Virus record (IMG/VR): IMGVR_UViG_3300032770_000002
Location: 1 to 64,000 of that record
DNA: 64,000 nucleotides
Reading direction: 5' to 3' (one strand)
In this document: positions 9,264 through 17,421 of the stretch, one piece after another
Position numbering within the stretch: position 1 is the first letter of the stretch
How the letters are laid out: every line of letters starts with the position of its first letter
The notes under the pieces: model-generated
What the model was told of the DNA's origin: nothing
The model's database searches: none
The model's input: the letters and a program-made list of their open reading frames with translations, nothing else
Position numbers and translations under genes: made by a program

Positions 9264-10355
9264 ATGGCAGCCACAGTAGAAGTTCTTGACGAGAATCAGC
9301 CGGGTGAAGTTGTCCCTGAGGGCCAACACATCTTCCATGCTGCGAAGCTGGAGCCCATGGCGAAGAAGTGGCAAGAGCTCAATGCCGAAGGCCAGGCTGG
9401 AAGCAGCGAAGCCGCGGCCGCCGCGATGCGGCTTCTCGAGCAGATCATCATCCTCTCCACGCCAATGTTTGAGCGGTTGGCGATGCATGAGGAATTTCAC
9501 CTCACAGTTCCACTTTCCCAGCTCACGTCAGCCGCCCAAGAAAAGGTCGTCATCTGGCTCCTACGTTGGGACCCCGAAAAAGGGCGGCTCTTTTCTTGGT
9601 TTTCAAAGTGCGCCAAGAACGCGTTTCGTGCCGAGATAACCAAGGAGATTGGGTTCCGCAACAAGATTCACACGACAGACGAAAGCCTTGAGAAGTGGCT
9701 TGGCAGCGAGGACCACGAAGTCGACAAGCACGACTCGGCCAGCGAAGTTAGGCAGCGACTGCGTCAGATTACGTGCCGATGGGGACACCCACAGGAGATT
9801 GGCACGATTCACTATTTGCTCGAGTGCATCATTGAGGACAATCACGTCAAGGAAGCCGCCATTGAAGGGGCGTCATTCGCGTGGGGACTGTCCGCGGACC
9901 ACGTGCGCTTTTTCTACACGTGGTGCCTTATCGCCTTGCGCAACGTCATGCGGGACAAGATCAGCATCCCGATGACTGAGCAGGACTTGATTTGCTGCAA
10001 ATACTCCTACACCTACCTTCCTGATTTTTTGACCATCATTCCTTGGGAACGGTCATGCCCCCATTGTCGCAGTGGCGGCCTGAAGGACCTCATTGCAATG
10101 TTCCATGGGATGCGAATTAAGTTTCCGACGGCTGAAGAAATTGTGCGGTTGAAGAAGGATTATCAGATCCACGAAGAGATCGGCCAAAGCGACCTCGACC
10201 CGGATTCAGTCAGCGCGATCGTTAAGAAGCACAAGCGGCCTGCCAAAAGCGCTGAACAGCTTTTTCGAGACATGGCGCAACTCCATGACCCGAAAATATC
10301 AGGTGAATACTTCATCTACGACGAACATGACGACGCCTATACTAACCAACAATGA
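9264..10355 (+). CDS. Phage sigma70-like transcription factor (region 2) with Mor-like C-terminal domain
   Basis: LTSAAQEKVVIWLLRWDPEKGRLFSWFSKCAKNAF resembles sigma region 2; C-terminal MFHGMRIKFPT...KKDYQIHEE resembles Mor. Confidence 0.62.
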   Translation: MAATVEVLDENQPGEVVPEGQHIFHAAKLEPMAKKWQELNAEGQAGSSEAAAAAMRLLEQIIILSTPMFERLAMHEEFHLTVPLSQLTSAAQEKVVIWLLRWDPEKGRLFSWFSKCAKNAFRAEITKEIGFRNKIHTTDESLEKWLGSEDHEVDKHDSASEVRQRLRQITCRWGHPQEIGTIHYLLECIIEDNHVKEAAIEGASFAWGLSADHVRFFYTWCLIALRNVMRDKISIPMTEQDLICCKYSYTYLPDFLTIIPWERSCPHCRSGGLKDLIAMFHGMRIKFPTAEEIVRLKKDYQIHEEIGQSDLDPDSVSAIVKKHKRPAKSAEQLFRDMAQLHDPKISGEYFIYDEHDDAYTNQQ

Positions 10356-11853
10356 ACTAACCCTAGACTCCATCTTAACGCCGCCGATTGACCAGTTGTT
10401 TCGTGTGTCAAGAGGACCGTTAAGTCACTTGCCACAGAAGTTCGAAGACGTCAAAGACGACCTCGAACACCTGATGCAGAAGCTGGCCCACACCTACACG
10501 GACTTGTCCTGTGTTCACCTTCACACCGACGAACTGGTTGGTTCACAGTGGGAAAAATTCAGCGTTCTTTGGGATCGTGGCTATTTTGAAAAGTGCAGAA
10601 CCCGGCTGGACTTCTTTCGCCGGGCCAAGACGTGCCTCAGCAACCACGTCAAGGGTCAAGTGCAGAAATATCGTGGCACGGCCAAGCGCACCGGGATGCG
10701 TCCACCGCCTCGCGGCACTGTTCCCACTAAGCCTGAAGACTTTGTTTCGACCAAGCGCGTGGAGGTCAGTCTGGACGACCCGGAAAGCAACTGTCAACCG
10801 CCTTGTGAAAGCGAGCCCGTGTCAGGCGACGGACCGGACGGCGAGTTCGACGAGTTTCGAAGTTACCTGACCCCAATTGAACAGCTGGTTTACAACACGC
10901 TTCAGCCTCCGGCCGTTGGCAGTCAGCTTGAAAACGAGGCTCGTCAGCGAATGACCACGCTGGCCACGTTGAAGGCCGAACGTGGGGCGGATAAGAATCG
11001 AAAATTCGAGGTCAAGTTGACCAATGAAACTTTGGCTGAAGGCGTCGGCCTTGACCAAGAATGGTTTAAAAAGATCGAGCAGTCTATTCGACGGAAATAC
11101 GAAGACTTTAAGCGTATGGACAACGACCCGGAACTTCACCAGCAGGAGATGGAATATAACCAGGCCTTGGCTTCACTGAGCGAGGCTTTTGGCGTTCAAG
11201 TGCCGCGGTCACTAAGCAAGATCGTTGCACGCCGCGCCATGCTTCTTGCCGCCCGTCGAAACTACGACAAGCTCGAAACCAGCCCAGAGCTGAGAGAGTG
11301 CCTGGTCAAGGTGGGCCTCAAGGTCCCAAGCTACAACGGACTTTCACTTGACTGCTTTGGCGTCCTTCACGACGCCACCGACAAAACCTGTCGCCTCTGC
11401 GGGCAGCGTGAAGCCTGTCGCGTGGAGTCGGCGACTCTTGGGCTTGACGCCGTCGTCCTGCACCCATCGGTGCTGGGTGTGAAGCAGATTCGCATTCCGA
11501 CGCTTATCGTCAACGAGCAGCCGCAGCTTCCTGTGGCGAACGACCGCAATGACGGCATTCTCTCCTACCTCAACGAGACGTTCGCAAGGTCAATCATCAA
11601 CCAGGACACCTATTTTCGTCACCGCGAATCGTTCGGCGCTCAGCGTCCACCACAGATCTTTTGCGTGATGACGAGTCAACCCAGCGAGCACATTCGCCTG
11701 CGTTTTTGCAACCCGTCAGAGGAGCTCAAGTCCTTGTTGGACAAGCGTCGCAACGGGTGGTATCTCCCGGACACGGCGAGTGTTGAGGAAGGGATCGAAT
11801 TGATTGAGCGCCACTCGAGCGAGGTGATTCGAAAGGTCGAAACGGAGGGCTAA
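10327..11853 (+). CDS. Second divergent sigma-like factor with Cys4 motif
   Basis: Region 2-like LMQKLAHTY...DELVGSQWEKF...TCLSNHVK; region 4-like LTPIEQLVY...TNETLAEGVGLD; CFG-x9-CxxC-x5-C motif. Start uncertain (10285 or 10327). Confidence 0.4.
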   Translation: MTTPILTNNELTLDSILTPPIDQLFRVSRGPLSHLPQKFEDVKDDLEHLMQKLAHTYTDLSCVHLHTDELVGSQWEKFSVLWDRGYFEKCRTRLDFFRRAKTCLSNHVKGQVQKYRGTAKRTGMRPPPRGTVPTKPEDFVSTKRVEVSLDDPESNCQPPCESEPVSGDGPDGEFDEFRSYLTPIEQLVYNTLQPPAVGSQLENEARQRMTTLATLKAERGADKNRKFEVKLTNETLAEGVGLDQEWFKKIEQSIRRKYEDFKRMDNDPELHQQEMEYNQALASLSEAFGVQVPRSLSKIVARRAMLLAARRNYDKLETSPELRECLVKVGLKVPSYNGLSLDCFGVLHDATDKTCRLCGQREACRVESATLGLDAVVLHPSVLGVKQIRIPTLIVNEQPQLPVANDRNDGILSYLNETFARSIINQDTYFRHRESFGAQRPPQIFCVMTSQPSEHIRLRFCNPSEELKSLLDKRRNGWYLPDTASVEEGIELIERHSSEVIRKVETEG

Positions 11854-11854
11854 C

Positions 11855-12199
11855 ATGCCACAGCCAGACATGCCAATTGGTGAGCTTTACGCGCTCTTGC
11901 GCAAGCGAGGGTGGATCACGACCATTGACTTCTTGATGGTCTTTATCTTGGTCGGCACCATCATCGGTCAGGTTGTCACAGTCATCTTTACGAACATTGA
12001 CCATCGGTGGGCCATTGCTACAATTGCATTTTTGATCACCATTGTTGAGCTCTTGACGTGGGCCATCATCTTGCTGTTTCGAGTGGCTTACTTTGCCGTC
12101 ATCATCCAAGCGTCGCTTGATGAGATGCCGGCTACGTCTGCCCGGTTGGCCGTTCGATTTCTACGAACAGGCGTTCCTGCGGGCCAAGCGGGTGGATAG
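11855..12199 (+). CDS. Membrane protein (2-3 TM; holin-like size)
   Basis: Long hydrophobic stretches (FLMVFILVGTIIGQVVTVIF; WAIATIAFLITIVELLTWAIILLF). Confidence 0.6.
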   Translation: MPQPDMPIGELYALLRKRGWITTIDFLMVFILVGTIIGQVVTVIFTNIDHRWAIATIAFLITIVELLTWAIILLFRVAYFAVIIQASLDEMPATSARLAVRFLRTGVPAGQAGG

Positions 12200-12200
12200 C

Positions 12201-12938
12201 ATGGACCCATTTCAAACTAGGTCGCACAGTCTTCTTCTTGACTTATCGCGCCATCAGCCTACGATGACGCGTGACCTTTTCAACGTCTTTGAGGTTCAAG
12301 ACATCGCCAACGACGTGTGGACACAACTTCACCTTGGGCAAATGGCTGTCGTCAATGGAATTTCGAACGCAGAGCAGGCGTCCAAGTTTAAGATCCACAC
12401 GACGAACGCTTTCTGGATGCACTACCTCGCTAACGAGGACTATTCAGGAACGGCCCGTTGTCTAATCAACCCTCCTCCAAGGCTTGCGATTGATGAGTCC
12501 AAGAGCTTGGACATGGTGACAGTCCTGACTGACCAAGGTTACGGTCGATTTGGAACCTGCATTGACTTGCGATCGACGAATGACGGCGCGGCTCGCAAAC
12601 TTACACTTAATTCCATTCGAGGTGAGGAAAAAGGGTTCTTTAATGAGGTCGTAGTCTTTTGTAACGGACTGATTGGTCGACAAGTCTCGGTCCTGACTGA
12701 CTTGCTCTCCAAGCACCTGCTTCCTCAGACTACGGCCTTTATTTTTGAGGTTCCTAATACAAATGCGGGTTTGTGGACGTCGCTCTTTGAGCCACTGCCA
12801 GAATCTGATGTTGGCGCCCTCATTGAATCCATAGGGTCAAAGACAGGCTTCACGTTTAACCAAATTCAGGTTAAGGAGTCTGGTCCTAGGACCACCATCT
12901 TCTTCGGCATTGATGTTTCCGTAGATAAGCCAGCTTGA
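12201..12938 (+). CDS. Hypothetical protein, possible class I SAM-methyltransferase fold
   Basis: VTVLTDQGYGRFG (motif I-like), GFFNEVVVF, LLPQTTAFIFEVPN. ATG at 12201 follows the upstream stop. Confidence 0.4.
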   Translation: MDPFQTRSHSLLLDLSRHQPTMTRDLFNVFEVQDIANDVWTQLHLGQMAVVNGISNAEQASKFKIHTTNAFWMHYLANEDYSGTARCLINPPPRLAIDESKSLDMVTVLTDQGYGRFGTCIDLRSTNDGAARKLTLNSIRGEEKGFFNEVVVFCNGLIGRQVSVLTDLLSKHLLPQTTAFIFEVPNTNAGLWTSLFEPLPESDVGALIESIGSKTGFTFNQIQVKESGPRTTIFFGIDVSVDKPA

Positions 12939-13480
12939 AAGCTCGCTTAATCATCGACCAGCTCCTCTGTGAGATGCCGCGTTACGTTCTTGGAAAAAAG
13001 AGCAAACGGAAGCATGAGTTAGCGATCCAAGACACGCCACCGACACTTTACGTCAGCGACATCCGGGCTTTTGAAAAGGAGATCAAACCGGACTTCAAAT
13101 ACATCTTTCTTGACATCGACCCGATTCAGACGTCAATCAAGGACCTTATTGGCAGGGACCCTGATGACGACATCATGTTCGGCGGCTTGACTCCAGGGCA
13201 GCAACGGGCTCAAGCTCGCGAGATGAACCAGGACTATTATAGTGACTTAAAGCCATATGAGATTGAGCAGATTGACGCCAAGATCGGGGAGGTCACAAGG
13301 CTTTTCTATGAGTTTATCAACCAAGCCGCGGAACCCGGAGACAAACTCTTCAAGGTGACAGAGAGGGACTCCGGTGAAACGATTTTTGTGCTTTGCCAGC
13401 CTGAACGAGCTGATGAACTGCAGCGGGCCGAAACGATGGTTCATCGTAAGGTGGTCTCGAAGCACCTAAAATCCAAGTAA
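12935..13480 (+). CDS. Hypothetical protein (candidate internal head protein)
   Basis: TTG start overlapping the upstream stop; N-terminal ARLIIDQLLCE motif. Confidence 0.55.
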   Translation: MKARLIIDQLLCEMPRYVLGKKSKRKHELAIQDTPPTLYVSDIRAFEKEIKPDFKYIFLDIDPIQTSIKDLIGRDPDDDIMFGGLTPGQQRAQAREMNQDYYSDLKPYEIEQIDAKIGEVTRLFYEFINQAAEPGDKLFKVTERDSGETIFVLCQPERADELQRAETMVHRKVVSKHLKSK

Positions 13481-13488
13481 ATAAGCAT

Positions 13489-13818
13489 ATGCCAGTCACG
13501 ATTCGTAAAACTTCTGGAGGTCGTTACCGTGTCTCAACTCCGCATGGAGTGCACGCCAAGCACACGACGTTGAAGAAGGCCAAGGCCCAAGAGCGGCTTC
13601 TGAATGCTGTCGATCATGGGTGGAACCCGACTGGAAAGCGCAGCCGGCATGAAAGCTTGGACCTGGCCGAACAGATTTGCGACGTCCTTCTTTCCCGTGA
13701 CGGCCAGGTTGAAGAGTGTTCCGGGACGTGTTCAGGCTGCGGTTGTCGATCGGATGACCTGGAACATCGAGGCGACAAACTGCTTTGCCCTGAGTGCTTG
13801 TCTTGTTCTGAGGCCTAG
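13489..13818 (+). CDS. Small basic protein with C-terminal Zn-ribbon
   Basis: PVTIRKTSGGRYRV...KKAKAQERLLNAV; C-terminal CSGC and CPEC. Confidence 0.65.
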   Translation: MPVTIRKTSGGRYRVSTPHGVHAKHTTLKKAKAQERLLNAVDHGWNPTGKRSRHESLDLAEQICDVLLSRDGQVEECSGTCSGCGCRSDDLEHRGDKLLCPECLSCSEA

Positions 13819-13841
13819 CGGCCTTTGGGCGCTGCTCCAGT

Positions 13842-13967
13842 ATGTCAATTATTCCAAAGTGGAATAATCAATGCAATGTCACCTACCTTGTCACGGCGTT
13901 GATTCTGTATGTGGTCATCCCGCTAGGGGTAATCACGTTGATTGTCTACAGCTTATGCCGAAAATGA
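13842..13967 (+). CDS. 41-aa single-TM microprotein
   Basis: Hand translation MSIIPKWNNQCNVTYLVTALILYVVIPLGVITLIVYSLCRK fills an otherwise empty gap; below the track cutoff. Confidence 0.4.
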   Translation: MSIIPKWNNQCNVTYLVTALILYVVIPLGVITLIVYSLCRK

Positions 13968-14228
13968 CCTGACGTCCTTTCCAGGGAAGTCAAAGAGGTC
14001 GATCGGAAGGTAGCCAGACTTCTGCGACCCAATGGTCCACACCCCAACGACACTTTGCTGTTGGCCACATTTACCGCACACGAAAGTCAGCTTGTCAGTC
14101 ATCTCTGGGACGACTCGATAGATTTTTCCAACCTTGACCTTGTCAACTACGACATGCTCGCCGCATGGGCAGATTCCTAGCTTTACGAGTTTCGCCTTAA
14201 CTGACTTGTATGGCTTTGGCTTAGTCAT
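13953..14228 (-). CDS. Small Zn-ribbon protein
   Basis: CPCG...CGKC pair; coupled to the GT2 gene upstream. Confidence 0.55.
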   Translation of the reverse strand: MTKPKPYKSVKAKLVKLGICPCGEHVVVDKVKVGKIYRVVPEMTDKLTFVCGKCGQQQSVVGVWTIGSQKSGYLPIDLFDFPGKDVRSFSA

Positions 14229-15162
14229 GTGGAATGATGACTCCCTTGGGCTTGTCTACTCCGAGCATCTTCGCCACCGGAACTCCGCGGTCAAACCCGG
14301 CGTGGCAGTTGACGTATGGCGTGGAGCGAAGTGAGAATGGCTCATGAAAGCGGCCCATCTGATATTCACGGACTTTCTGGGACATCGTGGTCATGCTCTC
14401 ACGGTTCCACTCCTGCCGCGTTAGTCCGCTGACTGTTGGAGTTGCGTCGTGCTGGTGGTCAAGTTGTGGTGGGAAACCTGTCTCAATGTCAATGCACCCT
14501 TGTGGCTTTCCTAACACGTTCATGAAGCCAGTCAGCCTGGCTCGATTCGTGTAATCACAGTGTTCATTTTCCATCTTTGGAAAGCGTGTGTCGAAGTAAC
14601 CGATGCGGTTGAACAAGTTCCTGGTAATCGACATGGCGGCGCCGGTCATGCGCTCAAAGATCTTGACGTTCCACCCACGGATTGGCACCGTGGCCCATCG
14701 ATAGACGTCACCTTGCAGGTTGTTAAAACACAGCAGTCCGATGTCTAACTCATTGTGGGCCTTGGCATAAGTTGACGTGGCGTCACCAAAGAAGAGGAGG
14801 TCATCATTCAAGAGAAAGAGGTGGTCGTTGCCCTTGAGCAGGTCAAACAAGGCGATTGCTCGATTCGAGTTTCCAGCGACGCCAAGGTTGTTGTCGCCAA
14901 GAAAGACGTGGACGTCATGAGCGCCGACGTGTTTTAAGGCGTGTCGACACTCAAGCTTTGTCGCCAGCGCCGTAATCTCTGGCCTGACTCTGTCCAGGCC
15001 TTCTGGCAGTGTGAGCAAGTTAGGCTGGGTATTGTCCTTGGTGCTGCAGTCGTCGAAGATTGCGATGGTGTGCTCAAGCGGGGTGTGGTCAACGAGGCCT
15101 TTGAGGAGGCGGTTAAGAACCTCGAAACGGTTGTATGTTAGGATGCAAATCAGTGATGCCAT
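14221..15162 (-). CDS. GT2-family glycosyltransferase
   Basis: LICILTYNRF, IAIFDDCS, NLGVAGNSN, LFLLNDD, IGYFDTRF...EHCDYTNR. Confidence 0.85.
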   Translation of the reverse strand: MASLICILTYNRFEVLNRLLKGLVDHTPLEHTIAIFDDCSTKDNTQPNLLTLPEGLDRVRPEITALATKLECRHALKHVGAHDVHVFLGDNNLGVAGNSNRAIALFDLLKGNDHLFLLNDDLLFFGDATSTYAKAHNELDIGLLCFNNLQGDVYRWATVPIRGWNVKIFERMTGAAMSITRNLFNRIGYFDTRFPKMENEHCDYTNRARLTGFMNVLGKPQGCIDIETGFPPQLDHQHDATPTVSGLTRQEWNRESMTTMSQKVREYQMGRFHEPFSLRSTPYVNCHAGFDRGVPVAKMLGVDKPKGVIIPHD

Positions 15163-15179
15163 AGATAGCATCAAGAACA

Positions 15180-15497
15180 ATGCCTCCGCCGCTAAAAGTC
15201 CTCATCAAGAGGGAGCCGTTTTCAGAGATGTTCGACCTCTACGTCGAGGACCCATACTCGAAACAGCTGTCGTTAACCTCACCAACGCAGTCACTTACAC
15301 CTGATGAGACGCGTGACTGGTTCAGGGCCAGAGGCGGTGACGTCGACAAGCTCGAGGATGTGCTCGACTATTGCTGGAACTTCCCAAAATTCCGAACCGT
15401 TATCATCGCCAACCCAAGACCGGTCAAGAGGTCGCCCGTCGATCCTAAGCTTGAAGCCCTTGACCATGTCCTGACCGAAAGCGATCCTCCGGCGTAA
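15180..15497 (+). CDS. Hypothetical protein
   Basis: 105 aa ORF upstream of the head genes. Confidence 0.55.
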   Translation: MPPPLKVLIKREPFSEMFDLYVEDPYSKQLSLTSPTQSLTPDETRDWFRARGGDVDKLEDVLDYCWNFPKFRTVIIANPRPVKRSPVDPKLEALDHVLTESDPPA

Positions 15498-15552
15498 AAT
15501 TACCAGGCAACGGTTTGTTGATCTTCAACGCTCCAGGGTGGAGTTTTAACCT

Positions 15553-17388
15553 GTGCCCGAACCGCTAGTGGCTTTTCTGGACTGTGTAGTCAACGTGGGC
15601 GACAAAAAGCTGTTGCTTGAAGATACAGTCGGCGAATTCGTCGTTTCCAGCGGTCCGCAGCGGATTACTGAGAGCGAAGTCAATGGCCGAAAATTCATTC
15701 ACATTTCCGGGCGTTTATCACTTTGTGACACGCTAAACGGGAACAACCGCATCTACCCGCGAAAGGTATGGGAGCGGCAGTTCCAGCCGGACTCCAAACT
15801 GATGAAGCTGATTGAGCGTAATCGCTCTGTCGGCCTGCTCGAACACCCCAAGGACGGTCAAGTCACCCTCAACTCTCCAATTTCCCACCTTCTCGTCAGT
15901 GCAAAGCTCAATGAGGATGGAACCGTTCAAGGCGAACTGCGTCTCATCAACACGCCCGAAGGCCAAAAGCTAAGGGCCCTCATTGAAGCTGGTTACAACC
16001 CGCTTGTTTCAAGCCGTGGTTACGGTTCCCTCGAAAAGGACACTGAAGGCCACGACGTCGTCCAAGAGGACTACGTCTGTGAGGGTTGGGACGCCGTCTT
16101 CCACCCGTCATTTACGCAATGCGAGCTTGAAGCGGCAGGCGCCGTTGAGAGCACTGGCCAGCTACGTTCTGGTCGACGTCTCGGTGAGTCAACGCCTGGC
16201 GTCAACATGTGGTGCGTCTACCAGGCGTTAAGCGAGCGTGACTATGGGCGAACTTGGATGGCTCTCAGTGAGAGTGAGCGAGACGCCGTCGCCCAAAAGG
16301 CAAACTTACTTCCGCAGGACGAGAAAGTTCGTCTCGAGTCTGAGTTTAACGCGAAGCGGGTGGCCAAGATCACCATGGCCGAAAACAGGGAAAACAGGGT
16401 GATCAAGGAGAATCAAGGAATTTCGGGTCAGGCGACGCCGCCGAAACCCGCGCCTACTGGGGCGGCGCCTCAAGTCCCCTCAACCAACGAAAATCATATG
16501 GACGCGATTCGTCAAAAGTTACTCACAATCGCGGCTTTGAACCCGAAGTCGATGACGCCGACGCAACTCAGCGAAAGCCGAAATCAGCTTCGTGGACTCC
16601 ACAACGACGTGGCCAAGTGGCAAGCTGAAGATCAGACTCGTTCCTACGAGGCTGGCCAGATCCACAAGTCCATCGAGGAAGTTGAGTCGAAGTTCGACGA
16701 AGCCATCACTGGACCGAGGGCTGAAAGCGCGCGGTTATTGACCGAACGCCAGAAAACCCTGTCGGTGCTCAGTGCTACGGTCGATGCCGCGAAGACCATC
16801 AAAAAGCACCTCACCGAAGCCATTAGCAAGAATGGCAAGCTTGCTTCGGTGAACGCCAAGCTGCTCGAAGCCGTTCGTGCCTGGAAACAGGAAGCCGAGC
16901 ATTTTCAAGCCCTCGCAGCCCTTTACGAGGACAAGTATAACCTTTCGTGCGACACCCTCGACGTCATGTCGGATCGGTGGAAGTCAAATACCACTGAGCT
17001 GGGACGGCGCGTTGTTGAGCTCGAATTTGCCGAGGCGGTGAAGAACCCCGAGGTGAAGAAGAAGCTCGACGAAGCGAAACACCCGGATGATGTCGCCGAC
17101 GTGCGCGAATCCCTGTTGCCGAAGAACGGCACGGGCCAGGTCGTTGAAAATCAGGGCCAACCGCAGGGCAAGCCTCAAGGTCAGCCGGCACAAGCCGCTC
17201 CTCAGGGCCAACCCCAGCCGTTGAACGAGGCCCAGCGCTCAACGTCTAACGCGACGGCACAATCGCAGGGCGGACTGAAGCAGCCAACGGTCGTCCAACA
17301 CACGCGGCATCCCGGCACGCTCAAAGAGAGCATTGCCATTGCTCGTCGGTTGTCAGGAAGGCCAGTCGAAGCCGCCGCGGCTGCGTAA
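15553..17388 (+). CDS. Prohead protease (T4 gp21-like) fused to coiled-coil scaffold
   Basis: NGNNRIYP, GLLEHP, ISH, NTPEGQKLRALI, VSSRGYGSL, WDAVFHPS; long coiled-coil C-terminal half. Confidence 0.9.
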   Translation: MPEPLVAFLDCVVNVGDKKLLLEDTVGEFVVSSGPQRITESEVNGRKFIHISGRLSLCDTLNGNNRIYPRKVWERQFQPDSKLMKLIERNRSVGLLEHPKDGQVTLNSPISHLLVSAKLNEDGTVQGELRLINTPEGQKLRALIEAGYNPLVSSRGYGSLEKDTEGHDVVQEDYVCEGWDAVFHPSFTQCELEAAGAVESTGQLRSGRRLGESTPGVNMWCVYQALSERDYGRTWMALSESERDAVAQKANLLPQDEKVRLESEFNAKRVAKITMAENRENRVIKENQGISGQATPPKPAPTGAAPQVPSTNENHMDAIRQKLLTIAALNPKSMTPTQLSESRNQLRGLHNDVAKWQAEDQTRSYEAGQIHKSIEEVESKFDEAITGPRAESARLLTERQKTLSVLSATVDAAKTIKKHLTEAISKNGKLASVNAKLLEAVRAWKQEAEHFQALAALYEDKYNLSCDTLDVMSDRWKSNTTELGRRVVELEFAEAVKNPEVKKKLDEAKHPDDVADVRESLLPKNGTGQVVENQGQPQGKPQGQPAQAAPQGQPQPLNEAQRSTSNATAQSQGGLKQPTVVQHTRHPGTLKESIAIARRLSGRPVEAAAAA

Positions 17389-17421
17389 CCAAACAACAAC
17401 GATCAACTAAGGAAAACACAT

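Noticed and set aside
11855-12199. Lysis cassette (holin)
   Set aside because: Only hydrophobicity supports it; no endolysin or spanin is recognisable nearby.
13848-13868. Perfect inverted repeat ATTATTCCA-AAG-TGGAATAAT
   Set aside because: Single occurrence, AT-rich, no U-tract and inside a probable microprotein ORF; insufficient support for an operator or terminator.
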